Assembly (NCBI GenBank): GCA_036847185.1
Contig: DAIUAM010000004.1
Location: 24,861-88,860 of the forward strand
Length of the DNA stretch: 64,000 nucleotides
Reading direction: 5' to 3'
Origin: Actinomycetota bacterium
Lineage (GTDB): Bacteria > Actinomycetota > UBA4738
In this document: in pieces, positions 9,304-19,400 of the stretch
Layout of the letters: the number at the start of each line of letters is the position of its first letter
How positions within the stretch are numbered: position 1 is the first letter of the stretch
Program-made: the position numbers and the translations under genes
The notes under the pieces: generated by a model
What the model saw: only the letters and a program-made list of their open reading frames with translations
What the model was told of the DNA's origin: nothing
Database searches by the model: none

Positions 9304-9933
9304 ATGGCCTTTCCGAAACGCTTGTTGGCGGGCGACGAAGAGATCGTCCTCGACCTTCGGCCGCATTGGATGGCGCTGGTCGCACCCGGTATCTGGACGA
9401 TCGCGCTCCTCCTCGTGTTCATCTTCGGCCTGCGGCTGCTCCCGGACACCGCGCCGTCGTTGTTGCGGTGGGGGTTGTTCCTGATCGTGCTGATCGTCTT
9501 CGCCTCCACGCCGCTCCCGAAGTACTTGGCGTGGGCGACGTCGCACTTCGTCGTCACCAGCGGGCGGGTCATCCACCGGTTCGGCTTGGTTGCGAAGCAC
9601 TCGACCGAGATCCCTCTGGAGAGCGTGAGCGATGTCGAGTTCGGGCAGGGGATCCTGGAGCGGCTGGTCGGCTCGGGGGACCTCACGATCGAGTCGCCTG
9701 GCGAGAACGGCCAGACCCACTTCGTCCACGTCCGGAACCCCGAACACGTGCAGAAGACGCTGTACGAGTTGATCGAAGCCGTTCGGCGTAACGCCCCGTC
9801 CGGCGCCCGCGGCTCGGTGACGCCGATCTCGGTGGCCGACGAGCTGGCCAAGCTCGACCGCCTCCGCCAGCAGGGCATCATCTCCGAGGAGGAGTTCCGA
9901 GCGCAGAAGTCCCGGCTCCTCGGGCCGAACTAG
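9304..9933 (+). CDS. Membrane protein with a bacterial PH (bPH_2/YdbT-like) domain and a C-terminal SHOCT domain.
   Basis: Two TM helices are followed by the pattern FVVTSGRVIHRFGLVAKHSTEIPLESVSDVEFGQGILERLVGSGDL (bPH_2). The C-terminus has ELAKLDRLRQQGIISEEEFRAQKSRLLG, a SHOCT motif. Confidence 0.7.
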   Translation: MAFPKRLLAGDEEIVLDLRPHWMALVAPGIWTIALLLVFIFGLRLLPDTAPSLLRWGLFLIVLIVFASTPLPKYLAWATSHFVVTSGRVIHRFGLVAKHSTEIPLESVSDVEFGQGILERLVGSGDLTIESPGENGQTHFVHVRNPEHVQKTLYELIEAVRRNAPSGARGSVTPISVADELAKLDRLRQQGIISEEEFRAQKSRLLGPN

Positions 9934-9936
9934 GCG

Positions 9937-10686
9937 GTGGCCGGGAGCTCGCGCCGGGGGCATGACGGCGAGGTCGAGGGAAGCGGGCCGGCAGTCAAGC
10001 CCCCCCCGCGCGTCCGCCGGCGCCTCCCCGGCATCAAGACCCTCAAGCTCGAACAGTTCGAATCCCGCCTCTTGGACGGCACGCCGGTCCTGGTCCGGCC
10101 GATCCGGCCCGAGGACCGCCAGCTGCTCATCGCCGGATTCCAACGCCTGTCGCCCGAATCGAGGTACGCGCGGTTCATGGCTCCGCTGGCGGAGCTCTCG
10201 GAGGCGCAGATCCGCTACCTCACCGAGATCGACTACTTCGATCACTTCGCCTGGGCGGCCCTCCGCGCCGACGGGGCGGGCGAGGGCATCGGGGTCGCAA
10301 GGTACGTCCGGCTGGAGGCCGAGCCCACCGTGGCCGAGGCGGCCATCACCGTGCTCGACGAGTACCAGGGGAATGGGCTCGGCACGTTGCTCCTGGCGCT
10401 GCTGGCCACGGCCGCCCGTGCGGCGGGCGTCTCGCACTTCCGGGCGTACGTCCTGGAGGAGAACGCCCCGATGCGGGAGCTCCTCGAGGCGCTGGGCGCA
10501 CGCGCCGTGCACGACTCGCCCGGCGTGCTGAAGCTCGACGTCCCGCTCGACCCGCAGCTGCTCCCGGACTCGCCGGCGGCCCGTGTGTTGAAGAGCGTGG
10601 CGGCGCGGCTGATGACGCTGACCGGTCCACCGCCGCACTGGATCGAGCCTCCGGTTCCGGGCGGGCCCTCGGATGGGGGCGGGTAG
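9937..10686 (+). CDS. GNAT family N-acetyltransferase.
   Basis: VLDEYQGNGLGTLLLALLATAARAAGVSHFRAYVLEENAPMRELLEALG matches the acetyl-CoA-binding motif A/B pattern (Q/RxxGxG/A). The N-terminal start is uncertain. Confidence 0.7.
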   Translation: MAGSSRRGHDGEVEGSGPAVKPPPRVRRRLPGIKTLKLEQFESRLLDGTPVLVRPIRPEDRQLLIAGFQRLSPESRYARFMAPLAELSEAQIRYLTEIDYFDHFAWAALRADGAGEGIGVARYVRLEAEPTVAEAAITVLDEYQGNGLGTLLLALLATAARAAGVSHFRAYVLEENAPMRELLEALGARAVHDSPGVLKLDVPLDPQLLPDSPAARVLKSVAARLMTLTGPPPHWIEPPVPGGPSDGGG

Positions 10687-10698
10687 ACTCATCCCCCA

Positions 10699-12282
10699 GT
10701 GAGCGTGAGCGAGGGATCGCCTCCGGTGCGCGCCGACGACGGGCTCGATCCGGGCCTGGGCGAACGCTTCGCGCACGCCATGGACCGCGCCCGGTCCGGC
10801 GGGGCGGAGAAGTACCGGCAGAAGCTCGCGGAGCAGGGGAAGCTCTTCGTTCGGGAGCGACTCCGCTTGTTGCTGGACGACGCCGGCAGCTTCGCCGAAG
10901 AGGGCCTCCTGGTTTCGGCGCGGGCGGGTGACCTACCCGCCGACGGCGTGGTGACGGGCGTGGGCGACGTGAACGGCCGGCCGGTCGCCGTGATGGCCAA
11001 CGACCCGACCGTCAAGGCCGGTTCGTGGGGTCCCCAGACCGTCGAGAAGATCATCCGCATCGTTGAGCTGGCCAGGAAGCGGAAGCTGCCCATCGTGTAC
11101 CTGGTCGACTCGGCGGGCGCGCGCATCACCGACCAGGTCGAGATGTTCCCCGGGCGCCGCGGGGCCGGCAAGATCTTCTACAACCAGGTCCAGGCGTCGG
11201 GCCGGATCCCGCAGGTGTGCTGCCTGCTGGGACCGTCGGCGGCGGGGGGGGCGTACATCCCGGCGTTCTGCGACGTGGTGTTCATGCAGGAGCGGAACGC
11301 TTCGATGTACCTCGGTTCCCCGCGGATGGCCGAAGAGGTGATCGGGGAGCGCGTCTCGCTGGAGGAGATGGGCGGGGCGCGCATGCACTGCGAGGTCAGC
11401 GGGTGCGGCGACCTGCTCGTCCCGGACGACGCGAGCGCGATCGACGCCGCCCGCGCCTACCTCGCCTACTTCCCGTCGAACTGGACCGAGCTTCCACCGC
11501 GCGCGGACGGACGCCCGCCCGCCTACCGAGGATCGCTGGCCGGGCTCGTCCCGGACGACGAATCGCGCGCGTTCGACATGTACGCGCTGATCGCCGGCGT
11601 GGTCGACGAGGACTCGTTCTTCGAGATCAAGCCGGACTTCGCCCGTGAGGTGATCACGGGCCTCGGCAGGCTGGACGGCCGGGTGGTGGGGATCGTGGCG
11701 AACCAGCCCGCGCACCTCGGCGGGGTGCTGTTCGTCGATTCGTCCGACAAGGTCGCCCGCTTCGTCTGGCTGTGCGACGCGTTCAACATCCCGCTGGTCT
11801 TCCTGGCAGACGTGCCGGGCTTCATGATCGGCTCGGCCGTGGAGCGGCAGGGGATCATCCGCCACGGCGCGAAGCTGATCACCGCGGTCAGCGAGGCCAC
11901 CGTGCCGAAGTTCAGCGTGATCGTCCGCAAGGCGTACGGCGCCGGGCTCTACGCGATGGCCGGGCCGGGGTTCGAACCGGACGCCACGCTAGCTCTGCCC
12001 ACGGCGCGGATCGCCGTCATGGGCCCGGAGCCCGCGGTGAACGCGGTCTTCTACAACAAGATCCAGGCCATCTCCGACCCGGTGGAGCGAGCGGCCTTCG
12101 TCGCCGAACAGCGGCGGGAGTACGAAGAGGACATCGACCTGTTGCACCTCGCGTCGGCGAACGTGGTCGACGCGGTCGTCGAACCGGACGACCTGCGGGC
12201 CGAACTGGGAAAGCGGCTTGACCAAGCCCAGGGGAAGGAGCGGGACTTCAGTGGCCGCCGCCACGGTGTCCCGCCGGTATGA
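10699..12282 (+). CDS. Acyl-CoA carboxylase carboxyltransferase (beta) subunit, methylcrotonyl-CoA carboxylase beta-like.
   Basis: The N- and C-terminal carboxyltransferase motifs are present (GGAEKYRQKLAEQGKLFVRERL, VYLVDSAGARI, GIIRHGAKLITA, AYGAGLYAMAGPG). Downstream lie a crotonase, HMG-CoA lyase and the alpha subunit. Confidence 0.85.
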   Translation: MSVSEGSPPVRADDGLDPGLGERFAHAMDRARSGGAEKYRQKLAEQGKLFVRERLRLLLDDAGSFAEEGLLVSARAGDLPADGVVTGVGDVNGRPVAVMANDPTVKAGSWGPQTVEKIIRIVELARKRKLPIVYLVDSAGARITDQVEMFPGRRGAGKIFYNQVQASGRIPQVCCLLGPSAAGGAYIPAFCDVVFMQERNASMYLGSPRMAEEVIGERVSLEEMGGARMHCEVSGCGDLLVPDDASAIDAARAYLAYFPSNWTELPPRADGRPPAYRGSLAGLVPDDESRAFDMYALIAGVVDEDSFFEIKPDFAREVITGLGRLDGRVVGIVANQPAHLGGVLFVDSSDKVARFVWLCDAFNIPLVFLADVPGFMIGSAVERQGIIRHGAKLITAVSEATVPKFSVIVRKAYGAGLYAMAGPGFEPDATLALPTARIAVMGPEPAVNAVFYNKIQAISDPVERAAFVAEQRREYEEDIDLLHLASANVVDAVVEPDDLRAELGKRLDQAQGKERDFSGRRHGVPPV

Positions 12283-12298
12283 GCGGGGCGCGGCCGGC

Positions 12299-12547
12299 GT
12301 GAGCGGGGAGCGGGGCCCGGGCTCGGCGGCCACGTCGTACTGGGCCGGGCGCCTGATCGTGGTGGTGTTCGGGGCGATGGTCTTCGTGCGCGGGTACAGC
12401 GGGCGCACGCCCTGGGTGTGGGTCACCGGGCTGGTCGTGGCCGTGCTGCCGATCGCCTACGCGTTCGCGGTCTGGATGCGGAAGCGAGGCCGCGGTGGGC
12501 GGTTCGCCGGGCGGAGCGGCCACGTATCCGAAGGAGGCGCCCGGTGA
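12299..12547 (+). CDS. Hypothetical small membrane protein (about 83 aa, GTG start) in the position where actinobacterial carboxylase epsilon subunits usually sit.
   Basis: Two predicted TM helices (LIVVVFGAMVFV, WVWVTGLVVAVLPIAYAFAVWM). Its stop overlaps the start of the next gene (GTGA). There is no family match and the start is uncertain; the track ORF starts at 12218, inside the beta gene. Confidence 0.3.
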   Translation: MSGERGPGSAATSYWAGRLIVVVFGAMVFVRGYSGRTPWVWVTGLVVAVLPIAYAFAVWMRKRGRGGRFAGRSGHVSEGGAR

Positions 12548-13320
12548 CGTTCGTCCAGCTCTCGCTGTCCGACCACGTCGCGACGGTGATGCTGTCCCGG
12601 CCCGAAGCGCTCAACGCGATCTCGAGCGAGGTGGCGGACGAGCTCGCGGGCAGCGTGCTCCAGGCAGCCGCCGAACCGGAGGCGTGGGTCGTGGTGCTCG
12701 CGGCGGCCGGCGACCGGGCGTTCTGCGTGGGCGCCGACCTGAAGGAGCGGGGCGAGCTCGACGACGCCGGGTGGATGGCGAACCGGACCCTGATGCGAGG
12801 GTTGTTCGACGCGCTCCGTTCGCTGCCCCAGCCGACCATCGCCTCGGTGTTCGGACACGCGCTGGGGGGTGGGTTCGAGCTGGCGCTGTCGTGCGACCTG
12901 ATCGTGGCGTCGGAGGATGCTGTGTTCGGGCTGCCGGAGGTCCGGGTCGGCATCGTGCCGGGCGGCGGAGGGACGCAGCTGCTGACGCGGCGGCTGGGGC
13001 CGGCCCGGGCGAAGGAACTCGTCCTCACCGGGAAGCGGATCAGCGCGCAGGAGGCGTTCGACCTGGGTCTGGTGGCGCGGGTGGTCGAACGCGTGGCGCT
13101 CCACGAGTCGACGATGGAGCTGGCCCGGGAGATCTGCCGGTCGTCGCCGGTTGGGGTGCGGGAGGCGAAGCGGGCCATCGACCGGGCGCTGGACGTGCCG
13201 CTCGAGGACGGCATCGACCTGGAGGACCTGGCGTGGCGAAGGGCGGTGGCGTCCGCGGACCGGCGGGAGGGCATCGCCGCGTTCAACGAGAAGCGCGACC
13301 CGCAGTGGAAGGGCCGGTGA
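12544..13320 (+). CDS. Enoyl-CoA hydratase/isomerase (crotonase), a methylglutaconyl-CoA hydratase candidate by context.
   Basis: AFCVGADLKER and the oxyanion-hole region FGHALGGGFELALSCDLIVASEDAVFGLPEV are present. GTG start. The stop overlaps the next start (GTGA). Confidence 0.8.
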   Translation: MTFVQLSLSDHVATVMLSRPEALNAISSEVADELAGSVLQAAAEPEAWVVVLAAAGDRAFCVGADLKERGELDDAGWMANRTLMRGLFDALRSLPQPTIASVFGHALGGGFELALSCDLIVASEDAVFGLPEVRVGIVPGGGGTQLLTRRLGPARAKELVLTGKRISAQEAFDLGLVARVVERVALHESTMELAREICRSSPVGVREAKRAIDRALDVPLEDGIDLEDLAWRRAVASADRREGIAAFNEKRDPQWKGR

Positions 13321-14246
13321 GCCTCCGGTCCTCCCTCCCGGGACGGGCCACGATCCGCGAGGTCGGCCCCCGCGACGGGCTGCAGGGCGAGGCGCCACTG
13401 CCGGTCGAATCGCGCGCCCGGCTGATCTCCGCGCTGTCGCGGTGCGGCCTGCCGAAGATCGAAGCGGTCGCGTTCGTCTCCCCGAAGGCGGTGCCGGCCA
13501 TGGCGGGGGCGGGCGAGGTCTGGGCGAAGGTGGAGCGCTCGCCGGACGTGGCGTATTCGGCGCTGGTCCCGAACCGGCGGGGGGCCGAGGCGGCGTTGGA
13601 GGCCGGGGGCTTCTCGTCGCTCCAGGCGTTCCTGGCGGCCTCCGACGGCTACAACACGCACAACGTCGGCAAGACCGTGGAGGAATCGGTCGAGGACGTG
13701 GCCGGCGTGGTGGCCGCGGCGTCGCGAGCCGTGCCGCCGGTCCCCGTGGAGTGTTCGATCTCCGCTTCCTTCGGCGATCCGTTCGAGGGCGACGTCCCGC
13801 CGGCCCGGGTGCTGGAGGTGGCCGAACGGCTCGCCGACCTGGGGGTTCGGGGCGTGTCGCTCGGGGACACGACCGGCATGGCCACCCCGACCCGGGTGTG
13901 GGAGGTCGCAGGACTGGTGCGGGACCGCCTACCCGATCTCGCCCTGAACCTGCACTTCCACGACACGCGGGGCGCGGCCATGGCGAACGTGCTGGCCGCG
14001 CTCGAGCTCGGGTGCAACGAGTTCGATGCGAGCATCGGGGGACTCGGAGGTTCGCCGTTCGCCCCGGGGTCGAACGGGAACGTGGCCACGGAGGACCTGG
14101 TGAGCATGCTCGCGGACATGGGCATCGAGACCGGCGTCCGAAGCCTCGAGGAACTCTTGGAGGCGTCGGCTCTGCTCCACGCCCTGGTGGGACACGACCT
14201 GGCCAGCCGGGTCTGGCGGGCCGCGGCGCCGGCGTCGCGGGACTAA
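13317..14246 (+). CDS. Hydroxymethylglutaryl-CoA lyase.
   Basis: The DRE-TIM lyase motifs are present: EVGPRDGLQ, ...LGDTTGMATP..., LHFHDTRG and ...GGLGGSPFAPG. GTG start overlapping the upstream stop. Confidence 0.85.
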   Translation: MSLRSSLPGRATIREVGPRDGLQGEAPLPVESRARLISALSRCGLPKIEAVAFVSPKAVPAMAGAGEVWAKVERSPDVAYSALVPNRRGAEAALEAGGFSSLQAFLAASDGYNTHNVGKTVEESVEDVAGVVAAASRAVPPVPVECSISASFGDPFEGDVPPARVLEVAERLADLGVRGVSLGDTTGMATPTRVWEVAGLVRDRLPDLALNLHFHDTRGAAMANVLAALELGCNEFDASIGGLGGSPFAPGSNGNVATEDLVSMLADMGIETGVRSLEELLEASALLHALVGHDLASRVWRAAAPASRD

Positions 14247-14256
14247 GGGACGCCGC

Positions 14257-15987
14257 GTGTTCTCGAGGATCCTGGTGGCGAACCGAGGCGAGATCGCGGT
14301 GCGCGTGATCCGGACGTGCCACGACCTGGGTGTGGAAGCGGTGGCGATCCATTCGGACGTCGACGCCGAGGCTCGGTACGTCGAGCTGGCGGACCAGGCG
14401 ATCCACCTGCCAGGCGTGGCGCCCGCCGACACGTACCTGAACGCCGGCGCGATCCTGGAGGCGGCCCGGGACTCCGGTGCCGAGGCGATCCACCCCGGCT
14501 ACGGGTTCCTCTCCGAGCGGGCCGAGTTCGCCGAAGCGGTGACGGCCGCCGGGCTGGTCTGGATCGGCCCGCCCGCGGAGGCGTCGAGGGCGTCGGGCGA
14601 CAAGCTCCGGGCCCGGCGGCTGGCCGGCTCGGCCGGTGTCGACCCGGTGCCGGGCACGCTCGATCCGGTCCGGGACGGAGGCGAGGCGCTGGCGTTCGGC
14701 GCCGAGCATGGCTACCCGATCGCCATCAAAGCCGCCGGCGGTGGGGGCGGTCGCGGGTTGCGGGTGGCCCGCGACGCCGGTGAGGTCCCCGATGCGCTGG
14801 CCGGGGCCGTCCGGGAGGCCGAGACCTACTTCGGCGACAGCGACGTCTACCTCGAGCGCTACCTCGACCAGCCGAAACACATCGAGGTCCAGGTCCTCGC
14901 GCCCCGGGCGGGCCAGGCCATCTGGCTGGGCGCGCGGGACTGTTCGCTCCAGCGCCGGCATCAGAAGCTGGTCGAAGAGACCCCGCCGCCGCGTTTCGGG
15001 GAGGTCGTCCCGGCCATGGGGCAGGCCGCGGTGGCCGTGGCCGACGCGTGCGGCTACGTTGGCGCCGGCACCGTCGAGTTCCTGCTCGACACGGGCGATG
15101 CCGGCACGGGCCGCTTCTTCTTCCTCGAGGTCAACGCGCGTCTCCAGGTCGAACACACGATCACCGAGGAGGTGTTCGGCGTGGATCTGGTCGCCGCCCA
15201 GCTTCGGATCGCGGCCGGCGAGGACCTCGGCTTCGGCCAGGCCGACGTCGAACCGGGCGGCCGGTTGGGTCCCCGGGGCCACGCCATCGAATGCCGCATC
15301 AACGCCGAGGACCCGGCGCGCGGCTTCCTGCCGGGTCCCGGCCGCCTCCGCCGCTACCGCGAGCCGGGCGGCCCCGGGATCCGGGTCGACTCCGGTTTCG
15401 GCGAGGGGGACGAGGTCCCGGGCGCGTACGACAGCCTGGTGGCGAAGCTGGTCGCGTGGGGTTCGACCCGCGACGAGGCGCGGGCCCGGATGCTGCGCGC
15501 GCTGGACGAATTCCGGATCGAGGGGATACCGACCACGATCCCGGCCCACCGGGCCCTCCTGATGGACCCGCGGTTCGTCGATGGCTCTTACACGACGAAG
15601 ACCGCCGAAGGCGGAGCCCTGGATGCCTTGCGCTCGGTCACGGAGGACGCGGGAGCCCCCGCCTCCGACCCGCCTTCACCTGCGGTGCTGCTCGTCGAAG
15701 GCACCCCAGCCCGCCTCTGGAACCCGGCGATGGCCCCGTCGGCGAGCGGCGCCATGACCGCCGGTGGCGCCGTCCACGGGAGCGTCGTCGCCCCGATGCA
15801 CGGCACCATCCTCCAGGTTCTGGTCGCGCCGGGCGACCAGGTCGAACGCGGCGATCCCGTCGCCATCCTGGAGGCGATGAAGATGGAGACGCACGTGTCC
15901 GCGAACGCGGCGGGGACCGTCACGGACGTCCGTGTGCAGCCCGGCACGGTGGTCGAAGCGGGCGAGATCGTGGCCGTCGTCGGCTGA
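14257..15987 (+). CDS. Acyl-CoA carboxylase alpha subunit (biotin carboxylase + BCCP), methylcrotonyl-CoA carboxylase alpha-like.
   Basis: ILVANRGEIAVRVIRTCHDLGV, the ATP-grasp domain, and the C-terminal ILEAMKMET biotinylation motif are present. GTG start. Confidence 0.9.
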   Translation: MFSRILVANRGEIAVRVIRTCHDLGVEAVAIHSDVDAEARYVELADQAIHLPGVAPADTYLNAGAILEAARDSGAEAIHPGYGFLSERAEFAEAVTAAGLVWIGPPAEASRASGDKLRARRLAGSAGVDPVPGTLDPVRDGGEALAFGAEHGYPIAIKAAGGGGGRGLRVARDAGEVPDALAGAVREAETYFGDSDVYLERYLDQPKHIEVQVLAPRAGQAIWLGARDCSLQRRHQKLVEETPPPRFGEVVPAMGQAAVAVADACGYVGAGTVEFLLDTGDAGTGRFFFLEVNARLQVEHTITEEVFGVDLVAAQLRIAAGEDLGFGQADVEPGGRLGPRGHAIECRINAEDPARGFLPGPGRLRRYREPGGPGIRVDSGFGEGDEVPGAYDSLVAKLVAWGSTRDEARARMLRALDEFRIEGIPTTIPAHRALLMDPRFVDGSYTTKTAEGGALDALRSVTEDAGAPASDPPSPAVLLVEGTPARLWNPAMAPSASGAMTAGGAVHGSVVAPMHGTILQVLVAPGDQVERGDPVAILEAMKMETHVSANAAGTVTDVRVQPGTVVEAGEIVAVVG

Positions 15988-16001
15988 GCTACACTCCGGC
16001 T

Positions 16002-16418
16002 GTGGTGGCGGACGACGCGAACGGCCGGGGTGCCGAACGGATCGTCGAGGAGCTCGACCTCGTCTTCTACTGGGTCTCCGACATGGAACGCGCGCTCGCC
16101 TTCTACCAGGACACGCTCGGGCTCCCGCTGGTCAGGCGCGATGCGCAGAGCTGGGCCTTGTTCGAACTGGCCGGGAGGCGGTTCGCGCTGCACGCGGCCG
16201 CCGAGGGACAGGCGGTGACGCCGGGCGGGGCGACGGCCGTGTTCTCCGTGCACGACCTCGATGCCGCGCGGGCCCGGCTGGCCGACCGGGGCGTGCGGTC
16301 CTCGCACGAGGGCGACGTCGAGGGCTACGCGCGGTTCGCGTCGTTCCAGGATCCCGACGGCAACACCTTCCAACTCATGGAGTACGCGCGCCCCCAGGCA
16401 CCCTCCACGCCCGGCTGA
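16002..16418 (+). CDS. VOC (glyoxalase/bleomycin-resistance/dioxygenase) family protein.
   Basis: It has the paired beta-alpha-beta-beta-beta modules (LDLVFYWVSDMERALAFYQDTLGLPL ... FALH ... VFSVHDLDAARARL...FQDPDGNTFQLMEY). It is the 3' part of the long track ORF 15048..16418. GTG start. Confidence 0.7.
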   Translation: MVADDANGRGAERIVEELDLVFYWVSDMERALAFYQDTLGLPLVRRDAQSWALFELAGRRFALHAAAEGQAVTPGGATAVFSVHDLDAARARLADRGVRSSHEGDVEGYARFASFQDPDGNTFQLMEYARPQAPSTPG

Positions 16419-16482
16419 CCTCTCGGGGGGATCTCCGCGGCGGGATGTCCTGTCCTCTCACTATGCTTGGTCCGTGGCCGAG

Positions 16483-19400
16483 ATGATCTGCGATCGCTGC
16501 GGCGCGGACCTCCCCGAGGGCGCCCGGTTCTGCCCCCGGTGTGGTGCCCCCGTGTCCATCGCCACCACCGAGGAACGCAAGGTGGTGACCGTGCTGTTCG
16601 CCGACCTCGCCGCGTCCACCGAGCTCGCCGCCAGCCTGGACGCCGAACGGTTCCGAGAGGTCATCGCCGAGTTCTTCCGGATGGCCTCCTCCGAGCTCCT
16701 CTCGCTCCGGGGACGCGCGGAGAAGTTCGTGGGCGACGCGGTGATGGCGGTGTTCGGCATGCCGCACGCCCACGAGGACGACGCGCTGCGCGCGGTCCGG
16801 GCGGGCCTGATCATCCGGGACCAGACCGCCCGGCTCGGGGAGGCCCTGAACCTCCGGGTCCCGCTCAGCGTCCGGGTCGGCGTCAACTCCGGCGCGGTCG
16901 CCACGGGGTCCGGGCTGGGCGACCAGTTCTTCGTCTCCGGCGCCGCCGTCAACCTCGCCGCTCGATTGCAGGAGGCCGCCGCCCCCGGCGAGGTGCTGGT
17001 CGGCGAGACCACCTGGCAGCTCGCGCGGCACGCCGTCGCGTTCGGACCGGAGCGGCTGGTTCCGGCCCGGGGATTCGCCGAGGAGGTCCCCGCCTGGCCG
17101 GTGGAGTCCCTCTCGCCCCGGTCCTCGCGGCGAACGATCCCACTGGTCGACCGCCGCCGGGAGTTGGCCCTGTTGACCGAGACCTACGAGCGGGCCCGGG
17201 AGAGCCCCCGGGCCCACATGGTCACCATCCTCGGTGAGCCGGGCATCGGCAAGACCCGCCTGGTCGACGAGTTCGTCGCCCTCCTCCCAGAAGAGGTCAA
17301 GGTCCTGGCCGGCCGGACCAGCGAGTTCGAAGAGGAGCCCACGTTCGCCCCCATCGCCGAGATGATCCGGCGGGTCCTGGACGTCGAACGCAACGCGCCC
17401 ATCACCGTGCTCCGGCAGAAGCTCCACGACGTGGTCGAGGGGTGCTGCGACGTCACGGAGGTCGAGCAGGTCACGGCGCGGCTCGGGCTGGCGCTGGGCC
17501 TGGGCGAGCCCGCCCGGGAGGGCCAGCGGTTCCGGGCGGCCGAGATCCGGGCCGGCTTCCTCGCCTTCCTGCAGGGTTACGCGCACGGCGACCCGGTGGT
17601 GCTGGTCTTCGACGACCTCCACCACGCGCGGCCCGCGCTGTTCGACCTGGTCGAACAGACCGTGCGGGAGTCCCGGCGGACACCGCTCATGGTTGTGGGG
17701 ATCGCCCGCGACGAGCTCTTGGAGGCGCGGCCGGGGTGGGGCGGCGGCCTGCCCGACTCGTTCACCATCCGGCTCGAACCGTTCGCCATGCGGGAGGCCA
17801 CGGAGCTGGCCGTCGCCGCCGGGGAGGCGCTGGACGAGGCCCTCGCGGCCCGGATCGCGGCCCAAGCCGGCGGCAACCCGTTCTTCATCGTGGAGACCAC
17901 CGGCATGCTGCTCGACCAGCACGAAGAGCACCTCACCGGCGCCCTGCACAGCCACCTACTGCCGCCCACCGTGCAGGCGGTGGTGGCCAGCCGCATCGAC
18001 CACCTTCCGGAGGACGCCCGCGACCTGATCCGCAAGGCGAGCGTGTTCTCGAAGTCCACGTTCCACGTGTCGGAGCTCGCCTACATCGCGGATCCGCGTG
18101 AGGAGCTGCTGCACGTCCTGGAGGAGGCCGAGCTGATCGTCCCCGACCCGGACCGGCCGGGCGTGTGGCGGTTCCGGCACGACATGCTCCGCGACGTCGC
18201 GTACGAGAGCCTCCCCAAGCGGGAACGCCAGCGCCTGCACCTCCTGGTCGCCGAAGGGCTGGAGCGGGACGAACCCGGGCGATACCCGAGGGTGATCGCC
18301 TACCACCTGGCCCAGGCGGCGCAGGCCGCGCTCGACCTCGACCCGAAGGACCGGACCCTGGCCGACCGGGCCATCCAGGCGCTGACCAGGGCCGGCGACC
18401 TGGCGCGATGGCGGATGGAGTCGGGCACCGCCTCCGAGATCTACGAGCAGGCACTGGTCCTGGCGGGGCCCGAGGAGGACTGGGGAGTTCGGGAAGCCCG
18501 GATCCTGGCCTCCCTCGGGGAGTCGCGGTACTGGCGCGGGGAGTACGAGGAGGCCTTCGACGTCCTCAACCGGGCCCTGGACCTCGCCGACGGCGACGCG
18601 TGGACCCGGGCGATGGCCTGCCGGTTCCTGGGCGACATCTGGCTGAACGTGCGGGAAGACCTCGACCGGGCTACCTTGCTGTTCGACCAGGCCATGGAGG
18701 CCGCCCGCGAGCTGGACGACCCATGGGTCATCGCGCGCGTCCTGCTCATGGCCGGGTGGGCGCCCTACTGGCGGGACGACCTGGCCGGCGCGCGGGCGAT
18801 GTTCGAGGAGGCGCTGCGGATCGCCCGGGACAACCCTGAGGGCGACCGGTGGGGGCAAGCCCGGGCGCTGACCTCGTTGACGTCGGTGATCTCGCCGGTG
18901 GGGGACGAGGTGGAGTGCCTGGAGCTGGGACGCCGGGCCCTGGCGCTGGGCCGGGAGATGAACGACCCGTTCACGATCGCGGTGGCCCAGCAGAACGTGG
19001 GCAACTCGTTCCGCCGGATGTGGGAGCTGGACCAGTCGCTGCCCGCCTTCGACGAGTCAGTCCGGATCTTCCGGGACATCGGCGCTCGGTGGGAGCTGGC
19101 CAGCGTGCTGGGGGACCGGGCCATGGTGTTCCGATACCTGGGACGGCTGATGGAGGCGGAAAGGGACCTCCGGGAGGCCCTCGACCTGTGCCGGCGGCTG
19201 CATGAGCGGAGCCTCATCTCGTGGACCGCCGCCGAGCTGGCTCGGGTCCTGCTGGGTCGCGGAGATCGGGTGGCGGCGCGGCAGGTACTGGAGGACCCAT
19301 CGATCATGCCGGTCACCACCGACATCGGGACCCGGGTCACCGCATCGGTGGTCGAGTCCCTCCTGGCCCTGGCCGAAGGGGACCGCGACCGGGCGCTCCG

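Noticed and set aside
7934-9385. 483-aa ORF on the minus strand
   Set aside because: The sequence is Arg/Pro/Gly-rich low complexity. It runs antisense through birA, which is well supported, and through the secreted-protein gene. Only a short stretch that looks like the signal peptide of another gene seems meaningful. This is a typical spurious ORF of a 70%-GC genome.
12457-15549. 1030-aa ORF on the minus strand
   Set aside because: It is antisense to the crotonase, HMG-CoA lyase and carboxylase alpha genes. The translation is Pro/Arg/Ala-rich with no domains. It is a GC-frame artefact.
15048-16418. Long 456-aa plus-strand ORF
   Set aside because: The first ~320 codons overlap the carboxylase alpha gene out of frame and look like nonsense. 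Only the last ~139 codons, the VOC protein from the GTG at 16002, are coding.
16261-16482. Upstream extension of the cyclase ORF (track start 16261)
   Set aside because: The 74 codons before MICDRCG are Pro/Arg/Thr-rich and overlap the VOC gene. The zinc ribbon starts at the ATG at 16483, which was taken as the start.
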